64,000 nt of DNA from Octopus vulgaris (taxonomy: Eukaryota), in NCBI GenBank assembly GCA_951406725.2, contig OX597818.1, positions 143,220,001 to 143,284,000 on the forward strand, given 5' to 3'. Below the pieces are notes generated by a model. It was not told the DNA's origin, searched no databases, and saw nothing but the letters and a program-made list of their open reading frames with translations. Below are positions 12,640 through 25,980 of this stretch, in pieces. How positions within the stretch are numbered: position 1 is the stretch's first letter; each line of letters opens with the position of its first letter. The position numbers were made by a program, and so were the translations under genes.

Positions 12640-13258
12640 ATCTTTTACTTGTTTCAGTCATTGGACTGCAGCCATGGTGGTGCACTCCCTGCAGGGTTTC
12701 CTCTTTAAAACTGACCCCTTGTACTTATTTTTAAGTCTGGCACTTAGTCTATAGGTCTCTCTATAACTGTCAGGTTACAGAGATGTAAACAAACCAACAC
12801 TGGTTGTCAAGTGGAGTTAGGGGACAAATGCAAATACACTGACATGCACATGCATATATGGGCTTTTTTCAGTTTCTGTCTTCCAAATCCATTCACAAGG
12901 CTTTGGTCTGCCTAAGGCTATAGTAGAAGGTAAGGCGGCGAGCTAGCAGAAACGTTAGCGAGCTGGAGAAATGCTTAGTGGTATTTCGTCTGTCGTTACG
13001 TTGTGAGTTCAAATTCCGCCTCGGTCGACTTTGCCTTTCATCCTTTCGGGGTCGATAAATAAAGTACCAGTTTCGCACTGGGGTCGATGTAATCGACTTA
13101 ATCCCTTTGTCTGTCCTTGTTTGTCCCCTCTGTGTTTAGCCCCTTGTGGGCAGTAAAGAAATATATAGTAGAAGATGACTGCCCAAAGTGCCATGCGGTG
13201 GGACTGAACGTAGAACCATGTGGTTGGGAAGCAAGCTTCTTAACCACACAACCACCCC
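12640..13258 (-). mobile_element. SINE family A interrupted by a + strand family-B SINE (12930-13163)
   Basis: TSD TATAGTAGAAG at 12919-12929 and 13164-13174. Confidence 0.85.
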
Positions 13259-15307
13259 TATTTCTACATGTTTCAGTTAATTTTGGCAGTAAGTAGAATT
13301 AAAAGTGAAAAAAATTGTATTAATATGCAGATAAACAGGAATCATTCCCAATGTTTTTCAGTCTGTTTGCAGCTTTAACATCTCTTTTTAAGTTCACAGA
13401 ATTTTGTGTTGCAACATGTTTTACAAAATATGAATATGGTGATTGAGTAATGCAGCAAGCTGGCTGAATTACTAGCATGCTGGACAAAATGCTGCTAAGC
13501 ATTTTGTCTGTCTTTATGTTCTGAGTAATCGACTTACCCCTCTCCAAAATTTACTGGCCTTATGCCAAAATTTGAGACCAATATTATGATTAACCCTTTA
13601 GTATTCAGATTATTCTGTCAAATGTAATACTTATGTAATCAAATTGTTTTGAATTAATCATGCAAAGACATCGTAGTATTGAAATTTTGAAGATGTGATT
13701 GCTTATTCTTAGAATGACATTGTAGGATAAGTGTGCAAAGCCAGATCTGGCCAGTTTGAACACAGAACAAGTAGACTATTTTGGCCGGATATGGCCGGTT
13801 TAAATGCTAAAGGGTTAAGTGAAAACCGAGAAGTAAATATAAATTCAAAACATTAGTTAGTGTTTAAACTTCCTAAATTATTAAATTATTAAAATTCATA
13901 AATTATTTTAAACTGAAGTTCTTACTTGAAATCATAGGTTTTAATATAATATGATCATTTTAAATCAGCAGGTATTGTGTCACAGAACGCAGGTAGGATG
14001 TCAAAACACTAATAACCCTTTTAATAAATGATTACCAATTTACACTTTTAAAAATACATTTTTAACATTTCAGAGAGTTCTTGTAGCTTTGTTTTGTCTT
14101 TCTCTTCTTTCTTTGTATGTTTTTGGTCTTCAAGTTCCATAGTACCTTGGTTAATAATAACCGTTTTTGATTCCCAAGTACTGGTGTGTAAGCTAATGAG
14201 CTGAGCACACATTTCAGTTTTCAATTATTCAATTTCTAATCATCATCATCCCTTTTTCCATACTGGTATGTGTTGGATGGTTTGATAAGAACATATAAGC
14301 CAGAGCGCTGAATCAGGTTCTATGTCTGTTTTGGCATTGTCTTTACAGCTGGATGTCCTTCCTAATGCCAACCACTTTACAGAGTGTACTGGGTGCTTTT
14401 TTTATGATGCACCAGCACCAGTGAGGTCACCAAGTACTCACAAGACAAGACCCCCTCGACTGAGTACAATATAGAATGGAGGGATAAGAAACTAATAGAG
14501 AGAAAGAAGCTGGTGTCATAACTCCCATACTCCTATTTCTTGAAGGTCAATTGAGTTAATTAACCATTGATTAATCTTGCTAGTTGCAATCAGTTGAGCA
14601 TGAAAATCAGAATTAGTTTCTCTTTTACCTCAACCTGTGAATGGTTACAATGATGAAATACAATATATTTCTTGAAAGCAGCAAAAACCTATAAACTGTT
14701 TTGATGTTAACAAAACCTATGTAGCTGGTAAATAGCAAGTTTTCCTTTATGTGCAGAAACCAATTCTGATTTCTGAAGAAAATAATTGAAGGGAAAAGCT
14801 TTGAATAAATTAGAACCAGTGTTTTGAAAGAGTTTACATTCATTCATACTCGATGCTGTAAACAGCTGTGATTGTAATTGCTTTAAATGTACCTTCCTAG
14901 TTTCTGTATTTTTGAGTTTACTTTTTGAAAAAGTTATATACCATCCTCAGTTGGTGGTAGCATATCAGCTTTTACATGGATGTTAAAATTGAATAAATAA
15001 ATACCTTCTAAAATTCTTAACTATTCTAAATTAGGTAGCTTTTGTTTAATATCTTTAAAATCACCTATTTTGATTTTTAGAGAAAGAATCTGTATTATCG
15101 CTAGAAGCTCTCTTGGATGTTTACATAGTAGATTTTGTTCTAAAATAATTCAAAGCAAACAATGTTAATTCAAATTTCTCCAATTAGATTTTTGATAAAG
15201 AGATTTCAGATTGAATGTAAGACAAATAGAGTTTCTAATCTTAAAGTCTCTCTGTTAAGTGCTATTTGGACATATTCAATTTATTGCCTTTATCCTTGTT
15301 TAGAAAA

Positions 15308-15688
15308 CAGGAGTGGCTGTGTGATAAGTAGCTCGCTTACCAACCACATGGTTCCGGGTTCAGTCCCACTGCGTGGCACCTTGGGCAAGTGTCTTCTACT
15401 ATAGCCCTTGGGTCGACTAAAGCCTTGTGAGTGGATTTGGTAGACGGAAACTGAAAGAAGCCTGTTGTATATATATATATGTGTGTGTGTGTGTATATGT
15501 CAAACTTCGCTTGACAAACGATGCTGGTGTGCTTACATCCCTGTAACTTAGCAGTTCGGCAACAGAGACTGATAGAATAACTATTAGGCATGCAAAGAAT
15601 AAGTCTTGGGGTTGATTTGCTCGACTAAAGGTGGTGCTCCAGCATGGTCGCAGTCAAATGACTGAAACAAGTAAAAGCGTAAAGAGAG
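15308..15688 (+). mobile_element. SINE family A; degraded inverted copy follows at ~15815-16066
   Basis: Matches the 7305-7722 copy. Confidence 0.85.
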
Positions 15689-16628
15689 TCTGAGGTATTT
15701 TAGCTGCCTTGCATCTTTAGCAGTTATGAATTTTAATAATTTACAAAATTAGAATTTTAACTAATGTCTTTAATTTATAGTCATGTTTCACTTATTGGTT
15801 TTTACTGATCTTTTATCTCTTACCTGTTTCAGTCATTGGACTGCAACTATGCTAGGGCATTGCCTTGCTGAACTGCTAAGTTATAAAGAATGTAAATAAA
15901 CCAACACTGGTTGTCAAACTGATGAGAGACAAACACAAAGGCAAATACACACACACACGACTGACTGCTTTTAGTTTCCAACTACCAAATCTGCTCAGGG
16001 CTTTGATTGGCCCCCAAGCTATTGTAGAAGACACCTAAGTTGCCATGAAGTAGGACTGAACCTGAATGATTTTGTGTTAAAAAGTGAAGTTGGAGCTGCA
16101 AGCAGTTTGAAAGGCATTGAAAATAATTCCTGTTTAAGTGTAGATTGATACAAATCTTTTCACTCCTACTTAATGTTTAGAAAAAATTCTTTTCACTCCT
16201 TAAAGTGAAGCAATTTCAAAGGAAAAATATTTCAAATTGAGAGTAATTAGGTTGTAAAACTTGTTTCACGACCATTTTATTTCCTTGTTACATGACTATT
16301 ATATTTTCTGTGTATTTTAAGTCAATGTTTCTCCCATGGAGTGGTAGTGATACTGTGAGGATTTAATAAAATAAAAATGGTTTTAACCCTCTTGATACCA
16401 TGTTTGAGACTGCCTCTGATATAAACTTCCTGTTTTAAAATGATCTAATGACTGAAACAAGTAAAAGATAGAAGATAATATTCTATTTATTTGCTCATGG
16501 AAGCTTGATATTGTCTATTTGAAAATCACTGTTTTTAAGTATCATAAATTGTATTTAAGACAATAGAATATTTAGTTTCACTTTCACATTTTCAAATGGA
16601 TCATTACATAAATTTAATTATTTTTCAG

Positions 16629-16734
16629 TTTGCTGGTTTACATGAACGAACATGCCACCCAAGATGCATTGGTTATAGGGGTAAATCAGTCAGAAAACCC
16701 CTTCAGGGACCAGAAGAGTTGTATTATATTATGA
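16629..16734 (+). CDS. GNG: Heterotrimeric G-protein gamma subunit, last coding exon
   Basis: Acceptor TTTTTCAG ends at 16628. The frame from 16630 reads LLVYMNEHATQDALVIGVNQSENPFRDQKSCIIL*, with the G-gamma D-x-L...ENPF motif and a C-terminal CAAX box (CIIL). The exon continues to a GTAAGT donor at 16766. The first coding exon was not found in the window. Confidence 0.92.
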
Positions 16735-17577
16735 GCTGAATATCAAAATCTAGAGATGCATTTGTGTAAGTACTTTTTAATGTTATACTTTTATCATCAT
16801 CATTATTTTACATCTGTTTTTCTATGTTGTTATGGGTGGGATAAAATTGCTCCAGCTTTGTTCTGTTGTGGTCCTTTGTCATTAGCTACACATAACTATA
16901 AAGAAAACCAATAATTTTTCTTGTTGTGTATGTCATCATTTTTGGTGTGTTTTTCTTTTTTGTAGGGTTGTTTTATATCTTTTGTGGTGTTGAATTATGT
17001 TATCTACCTATGGTTTTGTATATTTTCATTAATGCAAACATGAGTAAATGTTAAAAAGGGAGTAAAAGAAAATGAATTCCTTAGATCTGCCTGTCTGGCT
17101 TGTATAGTTAACCCTTTTACTGTGGAAATCAGATGTATCCACTCAAAATTTCATTACTCTGTAGAAAGCAGCCTATTTTTTGCTGAGGAATGTCATATTT
17201 GAACTATTTTTTGTTGAGAAAAGTCAAATTTATTGCAGAAAATAACAATTCTATTTTTTGGTAGATATTCAACATCGTTACTGGAATAATCATGAAATTT
17301 ATTTATACAGTTAAAGAGTTAAGAGTGTTAAATCTGAAATACAAGGAAACTGTTTATGGTCTTTCATTGGTATCAATTATTTTATTTGAGAACTTTTGGT
17401 AGAGTCTGTGTATGGGAGGTGAAGAGTTTAATTCTTTGGGATCTTTCTTTTGTCTGAGACTGACAAATGGAGAAATATTATTACCTAGGATGTAAGCATT
17501 CTTTCAGTAGTATTCTGCCAAAAACTATAATGTGAGTGATGATTATATATCAGTTTTTATTTGTTTTCTATTTTCAG

Positions 17578-18100
17578 AAATGATTTATTTATCTGACTTA
17601 CCACGACTTGTACATCATCTACCCGTGGCCTCCTGTGTTCAGTCCTCAAATGTTGCATTGCTCTACAGATCTGGTCTACAGAATTCATCCTTTTCCCTAC
17701 CTAAAACTCCACCCACCCAATTTTTGCCTAGTCAGGGGTTTAGGTTTCACTGCTGTTTTTTTTTTTTTATATTTAGTTTATATTTAACAATCATGATATT
17801 GCTACACTTGTGTAAACTGCTGTAGAGTGATTTATTTACTGTAAAACATTTTGTCAAAGTATATTTGAAATTTTCTCAAGTCTCCATTTGGTTCTAAATG
17901 TATAATTTTTTTCCATTTTTAGGATGCTATTTTAGACGATTTGTGTCAGTATTAAAAAAATAACAAACAAAAAAAAAATAAAACAAACCCCAATTATTTA
18001 TTAAAGCAATGTTCATCATACTTAATTTTTGTTGTTGTTAATCTTACTTTTGTATATTCATGCTTTTAGTTTGTTTTGATGTAATAATTAAAATGTAATT
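17578..18100 (+). other. Candidate non-coding terminal (3'UTR) exon of the G-gamma gene
   Basis: Acceptor TTTTCTATTTTCAG ends at 17577; U-rich non-repeat sequence; ATTAAA at 17951 and AATAAA at 17977. An alternative acceptor ends at 16965. Confidence 0.5.
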
Positions 18101-18146
18101 GTGATCATTAGCTTCAGTTTATTATTATTATTATTATTATTATTGT

Positions 18147-18400
18147 GAAGGCACGTGGCCTAGTGGTTTGGGTATTGCACTCATGATATCGAGATTGTGG
18201 GTTTGATTCCCGGACTGAGCAGCACATTGTGTTCTTGCGCAAAACACTTCATTTCACATCTCTCTGTGATCATTTCAACTTCTGACGTCTGGCACACTTG
18301 TGCACTTGTTCGGGGAATGTCGGTTTGATGAAGGGAGTGTACAGTGCATACATTGATTCACTATAAACAAACCATTCATCATCATCATCATCATTGTTCG
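18147..18400 (+). mobile_element. tRNA-derived SINE head (family C)
   Basis: GTGGCCTAGTGG A-box and GTTTGATTCC B-box; homologous to the head of 57388-57640. Confidence 0.65.
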
Positions 18401-19094
18401 ATCGTGGTCGAGACTAAATTCCATAGTCTTTTCAAATGGCTAATAATGTGTGCGTGCGCCACTACTACACACATTGGAAAGCATTGTACAACCAAGTACT
18501 AAAGAAGATCTTTCCCCCTCCATGAAACAAAACTGTTCCCGCTGGACATCAACCCAGTATTTCTAAGCTACGGACCGAGTGATTTATTGTAAGGTTATCT
18601 CCCTAGATAGATTGCCTTCACTACGGCTAAGGAGCCCTTTCTACCCCATTTGTGCAGGTCATTTAGCAATAGCTGAACACACATACATTGTCTTCAATGG
18701 GAGTCCATCATCATCATCATTATTATTAATTAGCGTGCTGAGCAGAATGCTTAGCAGCATTTTGTCCATCTTTATGCTCTGAGTTCAAATTTCACCAGGG
18801 TCGATTTTTGTCTTTCATCCTTTCGAGGTCAATAAATTAAATACCAGTTGAGTACTGGGGTTGATATGATTGACTATCCCCCTCCCCACAAATTCCAGGC
18901 TGTGTGCTTATAGTAGAAAGGATTATTATTCTTTTCTACTCTAGGTACAAGGCCTAAAATTTTTGGGGAGAGGACCAGGCAATTAGATCGACCCCAGTGT
19001 GCAACTGGTATCTATTTTATTGACTCCGAAAGGATGAAAGGCAAAGTTGACCTCGGTGGAATTTGAACTCAGAACATATAGACAGAAAGGATAG

Positions 19095-19450
19095 CTCTGC
19101 CTTAGTGAAGGCGGAGGTATTGTCTTCAGTTGTGTTTGTCCGTGGACAAGATATCTCAAGAACTGTGGGATGGATTTGGATGAAACTTTCAGGGATGTTT
19201 GGCCTCATGACTGGCATAAACTGATTAGATTTTGGGATCAATACAGTACCAGACAAGGATTCTGGACTATTTTTCCGTTTTTTTTTTTACTTAATTTTTG
19301 AGAGCAGTTGGGTTCATTTTTAGTATTCTCATTTGTGAGAGCAGTCAAGTTTATTTCAGATATTATCATTTTAAAAATCATCTCCAGCTAATTGTTGAGA
19401 AGACATTGGTGCTGCCTTGGCGGAGGTTTGCACTCTCTGAGTGCTCTTGT
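19095..19450 (+). mobile_element. Non-autonomous Helentron/HINE-like element
   Basis: 5' hairpin CTCTGCCTT...AAGGCGGAG, subterminal GGCGGAGG and 3' hairpin GCACTC-TCT-GAGTGC. Confidence 0.55.
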
Positions 19451-21039
19451 TGTTGTTATTTTGCTGTTTCAGTTTAAATTCAATGTTGTATACTCTCAGA
19501 TATGGCTGAGAAACTTGCTTCACAATCATGCTGTTTTGAGTTCAGTTTCACTGTGTGGCAGCTTGGACAAATAAATGTCTTCTACTATATAGACTCCAGA
19601 CTGATTAAGGCCTTGTAAGTGTATTTGGTAGACGAAAACAAAGAAATTTGTCATTTGTCTGTGTGTCTTTGTTTTGACATTGTGCACTAATTATAAACAG
19701 ATGCCTTTCATACAAGTGGTGTAGTTTGAAGTCTTCTAATGGAAACTTGTCTGGCTCTTATACTGTTCATTGTTCAAAGGACTAGGGAAATATCACCCTG
19801 AAACAGGTGATGGTTGGCAGCAGGAAGAGCATCCAGGCCATAAAACATCTGCATCATTGAATGTCATCTGACCCATGCAAGCATGGAAAAATAGATGTTA
19901 AAACAAGGCTGCTGATGACTCCCACTTATATTCATCTTACGTCTGTCACATTGTTCTGAATGAATGAACACATCATAGAATAACGAGCATTCTTTAATTT
20001 TATGGGGTACAAAACAACCCCACAAGTGATTCGTGGTAGGAATGGCATCCAACCATAGAAACCAAGCCAAAACTGAAATGTGGTCCTCAAAACTGTCTTG
20101 GAGGAATTTAGCTTTGCTGGAATATCTATGATCACAGGTCTGCTGAATCAAAGCTCGCCTAGAGTTTAAACTGTAACAAAAAATAGTAACCATTAACAAT
20201 AGTGTTGTGTATATTAGTTTTCCTTGCAGTGTTGGTGAAGCAACAGAACCACCTGTCTCTCTCTGTTTCTGTTATTTAATTTTCCTGCGAAGCTCATCTT
20301 TTCAGATGAAATGTAAAAGATGGCTGTATATTATGCTAGGCTACTGAACCAGTTATCATAAGTCAAACAGGACTTCTGATATCCTGCCCCTGCCTGAGAT
20401 ATATTATTCAGTTTTGAACTTTCTAAAGTCCAGAATCTAAATCTGGTGCCATAGTTGAATAAACTTCTCATAAAAAATTTGAAAATGTGCAGCTACAAAA
20501 CATTTACACTAACAATAGAGACAAAATTCAGTATTTACAGATAAATACACGAAAATGTGCAGTTGATCAGGAAATGATGTAAAACAGTTTTAATGTTCTT
20601 TGGTTATAAGTAGATATAATGTGTCATCATTATTATTATGTCTGTTTTCCCAGGCTTGCATTGATTGGATGGGTTTTCTCCAATGCAACATCTTCCCGCT
20701 TTTTTTTTTTCCTGCCATCTCCTTTGTGAGGTTTTAACCCTTTAGTATTCAGACTATTTTGTTAAATACAATGCTTTTTCATTCACATTGTGTTTAATTA
20801 ACCATGCATTATTTTGTTGCATTGAAATTTTGATGATGAGATTGTATATTTTATTGTGGCATTGATATTTTATTGTGGCATTGAAAGGTAGTTGTGATAA
20901 GCTGGTTAGAACATAAAACAGCATATTTGGGTTGAATATGACTGCTTTAAATGCTAAATGCTTAACTTCCTAAGGCTACTTTTCACTATTTCTACCTATA
21001 CCAGCCTAGCTTTTCTTCAACAGCTGCCTTCACTTGGAT

Positions 21040-21360
21040 ATGTTAGTACTTCTTTACCCAACTCTCTTCATATGCATTACATGTTTGTATCAGTACAGAC
21101 CTCTCTTGCATTTGATGTGTTATCTTTATAAGCAATTTATTTTTGTCCATTGGTGCTTTATTGGTTATACCCTGTAACATTACGCTTCCAACAAGCACAT
21201 TCACTTGATTTGTCTCTAATTTTTTCATGTCATCAGTATTCAGTGTCCATGTTTCACTGCTTTGCAACTTCGCATTTTGTATACAGACTTCATACATTAT
21301 AACCCTTACTTGACAAGAGAAAGCCTTTCCTGTCAATAGATGTAACTTTTTCTATCCTCT
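21040..21360 (-). mobile_element. Degraded RTE LINE fragment
   Basis: MYEVCIQNAKLQSSETWTL resembles RTE LYxACVRSxMLYGSETW. Confidence 0.55.
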
Positions 21361-21375
21361 TTTTACTTTACTCAC

Positions 21376-21995
21376 TATGCACCAGCTTTTGTCACCAGTG
21401 ATGACCTACGAAAACAGGTCCGGATCAACTTCCAACTCTTCTTTCAGTTCACGACACATATTCAGTCGTGACTGCTTTTGATCTTCCTTGAGCAAGCGAA
21501 ACAAATTTTGCTGCAACTCTTTGCATTTGCAATTCCTCGCTCAAAATTCGTTGGCAGGAGCTTCAGGACACACCTGTCATATCAAGTTGGTCAATTGTTC
21601 GGTGACTGTCATCCAAGATCAGTTCATGAAATTTCATGTTTTCATTCGTTTGGGCGGTCGACGGTCGCCCTGATGAGGTTGGTCCTCAAACGACAAGTGG
21701 CCATTCCTAAAGCGTGGAAATCACTCGTGAACTTGTTTTGCTCCTGGCAGCGTCCTTGTAAGCTATTTGAAGCATGACAACTGTTTCGACCCCAACAGAA
21801 AACAGAATTTCACAGAAGCACTCTGTTCCTTCGTTTCAGCCATCGCAAAAATCGACGAACAGGGGAGAAGCACTGCAAAACGAAGACTCACCACGTGGTA
21901 GTATGACCACACTGGACAATGCCGATCGGCAGACTCTAGCGGCGGAAGTCTGAACTACAAAAGGCTTGTCCTACAGAAAACATTTCCTGTTACTT
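21376..21995 (-). mobile_element. Mariner transposase remnant (5' half)
   Basis: Minus-strand pieces MQRVAAKFV, LLKEDQKQSRLNMCRELKEELEVDPDLF and VITGDKSWC. Confidence 0.75.
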
Positions 21996-23599
21996 TTGTG
22001 TACCCACTCCTATCTATATATCTATCTATCTTTTTACCTATCTATCTATCTATCTATCTATCTATACGCGTGTGTGTGTGTGTGTATAAATACATGAGAG
22101 TTTCTATGAAAATTGTCATTGACTTTTTTCTAAGCGCATATTTCTTAATTCTTTCTAAATACATCATTTTAGAAGCATTAAGGCCTCCTAAATATGCAAT
22201 TTAAGAAGCTTTAATGCTTCCTAAATAAGTTATATTAAATACTACTATTGTCTATCATGCGAATAACACATAAATTAATTGATTCACATATCTGTTTAAT
22301 CACTTTAAAGCTGGTCAAGTCATAAGCATAAAGAGAATTTTCTGCACAAGGGAGGTAACATGTAGTTAGTTAGCTCCCTTCCCTCGAAACTACAATACTA
22401 AAGCTGAAATATTTTATAGTTGATTGGGTGTGTTTAGAAATTGGGGAATAGGAAAAGGAATAAAGAAATGCGAGAAACGACTGAAGGGAAGTGGGAAACA
22501 AACTACGCAGAAAGAGGAAGTAACAACAGTGCATTCATTGCTTGAATAGTGGAAGTGGGTAATAAATGGAACATTTGCTGCAACGAAGGAAAAAGTCGGG
22601 AGTGTTTTTGTGTGTGTGTGAATGAAAGCAGAGAGAGAGAGAGAGAGTGGTGGGAGAAGATATTTAGACAGCCACTGCGACAAAGAATAGAGATAAAGTG
22701 TGTGGGAAAAAGGGAGAGGCTAGAGATATTCTCTTATTAACGACTAGAAGAGGGACGTAGACACTTGCATGCGCGTATATGTTTATAGGGAGAAGACAGA
22801 TACTACTAATCCTGAAGAGAATAGATTGAACAGACGACAGATATCACGGATGATCAACATACAATTGAAGAAAAAACAATGTTATTTTTAGATTGGCGGT
22901 TTTCAGCCTTTTTGTTAGTTCCTTCTGAGTCTAACTTTCTCATATGGCCATCCCATGGACCAATTAATCTTGAATAAAATTTATCTCTTTCAATGTTTAT
23001 TCATTGCAGCTGTACAATATTTAGGCAGGTTTTGAAACAGCTTATAAAAAAATTCTAAGCAGATAAGATTAGCATATATAATTTTTAAAAGACGTAGATG
23101 TATAACAGGAGTTTAAGCTAACAGGACTAGCAAAGATAAGATGATTAGTACAAGGTGAGCCTACGTTTCGCAGTTAAATTTCTGTGGAGCCTTCGCAATA
23201 ACTGTAATTATAATGTTCCATTATTGTTTTAAAAAAATCTGGTTTATTGTCCGGTACAGTCGGTCTCTGGCGAGTGTTGAGAAAAGAAGAATGCTGGAGT
23301 GCGTGCTAGCAACCTTGCCTTCATTACTGATATTGCTAATAGAAATGAGGAGTGGATTCATTAACAAGGTAGCGAGATGGTACATCTGTTGGTGCTTCTA
23401 TGATGGTGGCGGGCAAAAGAAAGCTCGCCCTTTGATCAGATAGATTTTCACTCAATTATATCACGACAGTGGTCAGCGAACAGTCGAAACAGGTACTCTA
23501 AAGATGACCATCTACTATGTAGTCAGGCCAGTGTTATTTCGTCAGTGGAAATAAGAGAGTTCTATACTCTGGTCAGAAATAACATCACAATCAAGGGGT

Positions 23600-25250
23600 T
23601 AGAATCATCTTGAGTGGGGAGTGGGGCATGCATTTGACTAGACCAATGAGATCCTTTTTCGAATGGGAGCCAGAAGCGAGGCAGTCTTACAAGATTAGTA
23701 GAGAACTATGGAGGAGGACCTAGCAGATGTGTACCTGTCGTGGGAGTAGGCTTATGATAGGGTTTGCGATCGTTCTGGGCGAAGATCTCTCACCGACGTT
23801 CCATGTAGAACAGAAGTAACTCAGACTAAGATTTTGATGTTATATATAGGTTAACCAAATTTAAGAAAGGATATTAGAAGAGTAAAGGAAAAGAGTTGGT
23901 CCATTATCTGACAGAGCAGATCTATGATCAAAGGTATTCTAATCTGGATCCATAGAAAGAGAACATAAGTTATTTGAATCCCCGAAACAACAACAAATCT
24001 ACGACAAAAGCTCAAACTGGTGGCCCACGATGGATGGAAGGATGTGAGTGCGATATAATCTGCGTATGAGGTTGTATGTTTTGCGTATGTGTTGGTGGAA
24101 AAATGGAGAATGAAAGGACAGACTCCTGTAGTCATCTTTTTGGGGAAATTGCAAGTTCTGGAACTGTTGTTCTTGTACACTACATAGGCTGGACGACTTG
24201 ACAGGTTGTTTCTTAGTCATTGTGTTGCGTAGATTTTTAAGATGGTGTTGAGTATTTTCTTTTTTTGTATGAACGGACAGTGGGGAATGGAGTCGAAAGA
24301 TTTGCTGATTCTCATGATGCTCAAGATGACCGAACGCATCAAGCAGAAATGTTGTATCAAGTTTTGCCAAAGTTTGGCGATACTCAAGCTCAGACTACCC
24401 AGAAGATTCAGCAGGCTTTTGGCGATGATGCCATGGGTAAAACTAAGATCAGGGAGTGGTTCATCCGCTTCAAACATGGTCGCAACTCTGTGGAGAGCGA
24501 AGCACGCTCAAAAAGGCTTTCGACAAACCGAAACAAGGAGCCGATTGAGAAGGCTCGGCGCGAATAGACATGAAAGATCGTCGTGTAACAATCCAGGGAA
24601 TTGCTCACGAAGTAGGAATAAGCTCAAGATCAGTGCAGTTTAACGGAGGATTTGTGCATGTGGAGAGTGTTGGCGAAAAAACATGAGAGATTTTTTATCC
24701 TTGAAATCATCGCGTAGGATAGTAACTTGATTTTCTGTGCCAGGTTTATTGAGTCAGAGCTTCTGAATCCATGCTGTGATTTTGGAGAGGGAGGCATGCG
24801 GGCTAGTAATATCAAATATTAGCTTTGCTAAAACTTTTGAATGCGTGTACAGGAAAGTGATAGGTCTATATAATATAGATTCACTAAAGATTTTGTTGAG
24901 CTTTAGAGATGTTCTAATTTGTTTTAAGTTTTCAGACTTTGTGAATCTAACAGTATTGCTATAAGTAGTGGTAAGTGTTGTTGAATGTAGTGGATCCTTC
25001 AGACCTGTTTTAAATGCGCGTGGGTGCCTGGGTGTGATTTTGTCTGGTTCTCATCTTTTTGGGCTGTTAAATTTCCCTGCTATTTTTGTGGTGTCTGATG
25101 GAAGAAAGGGGTTTAAATCTTGATCCAGGTGGAAGGTTCGTATTTTTCGTATTGCTTTCTGTATTATTATGTGGTTTTGATGGCTGATTTCTGAGAAATT
25201 CAATTCAATTTTTATTGGCTCAAAAAGCAAAAGCAAGGTCATGTAGGGGG
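23600..25250 (-). mobile_element. Degraded Jockey/I/CR1-type LINE RT, interrupted by a mariner fragment
   Basis: YRPITFLYTHSKVLAK (~24820-24870), QHGFR (~24765) and SYADYI (~24060) motifs in the expected order. Confidence 0.6.
24320..24683 (+). mobile_element. Mariner transposase fragment (copy A)
   Basis: CIKFC...IQQAFGDDAMGKTKIREWFIRFKHGRNSVESEARS; near-identical to 29801-30164. Confidence 0.85.
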
Positions 25251-25479
25251 ACAGGGAGTTATGTACAGGGAGGGTGGTCATACAAAGAGTTCAGGCCATT
25301 TCTGGTCAAGAGAGACTTTGAACCGAGCGGTCGTCGGCATCTTCACTATCTCGCCCGGCAGAAATATCATTTGTTTGGTGTTGCTGTGTGTGTATGTCAT
25401 TTAGAGTTATAGTTTCAAGGCTGTGAGAATATAGCCATTGTTATTTTTGATGATGCTCGCGTTTTACTGTTCATTCTAT

Positions 25480-25586
<107 letters not shown>

Positions 25587-25904
25587 TCGCGCGTGTAGGA
25601 TATAAATCTTCGCTAGTTTCTCTCTTCTTTGGTTTATTTTTATTTCTCTGTTTAGTTGTTTGATGCTGAATTTTATTTCGGTTCTGAGCGGTTTTGGTCA
25701 GTTGTTTTTGACATTGTCTCTATTTACAAGGAAGCATTTAAGTGGTCATTCGGCCTGAAAGAAATTGCAGCCAAATTGTCCTCATGCATTATCCCCACCC
25801 TTTTAAAAACAGCGAAATATACATGGGAGACTAATACAGAATATACAAGTCAGAAGAAAAAAGAAAACAGAAAAGAAAAGAAAAAGCATTAAGTTAAATT
25901 ATAA

Positions 25905-25910
25905 TTTATT
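25905..25910 (-). terminator. Polyadenylation signal AATAAA of the peptide gene
   Basis: TTTATT on +, about 70 nt past the stop, followed by a U-rich tract on the minus strand. Confidence 0.6.
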
Positions 25911-25980
25911 GTCTTTTTTCCCCGAACAATCTCGCAAAAAACATGAAGTAACATTGCTATGACTAACATTAGTCGCCATG

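Noticed and set aside
16629-16739. Alternative frame FAGLHERTCHPRC...YYIMS of the same exon
   Set aside because: The +1 frame has unmistakable G-gamma motifs and a CAAX box; this frame matches nothing recognisable.
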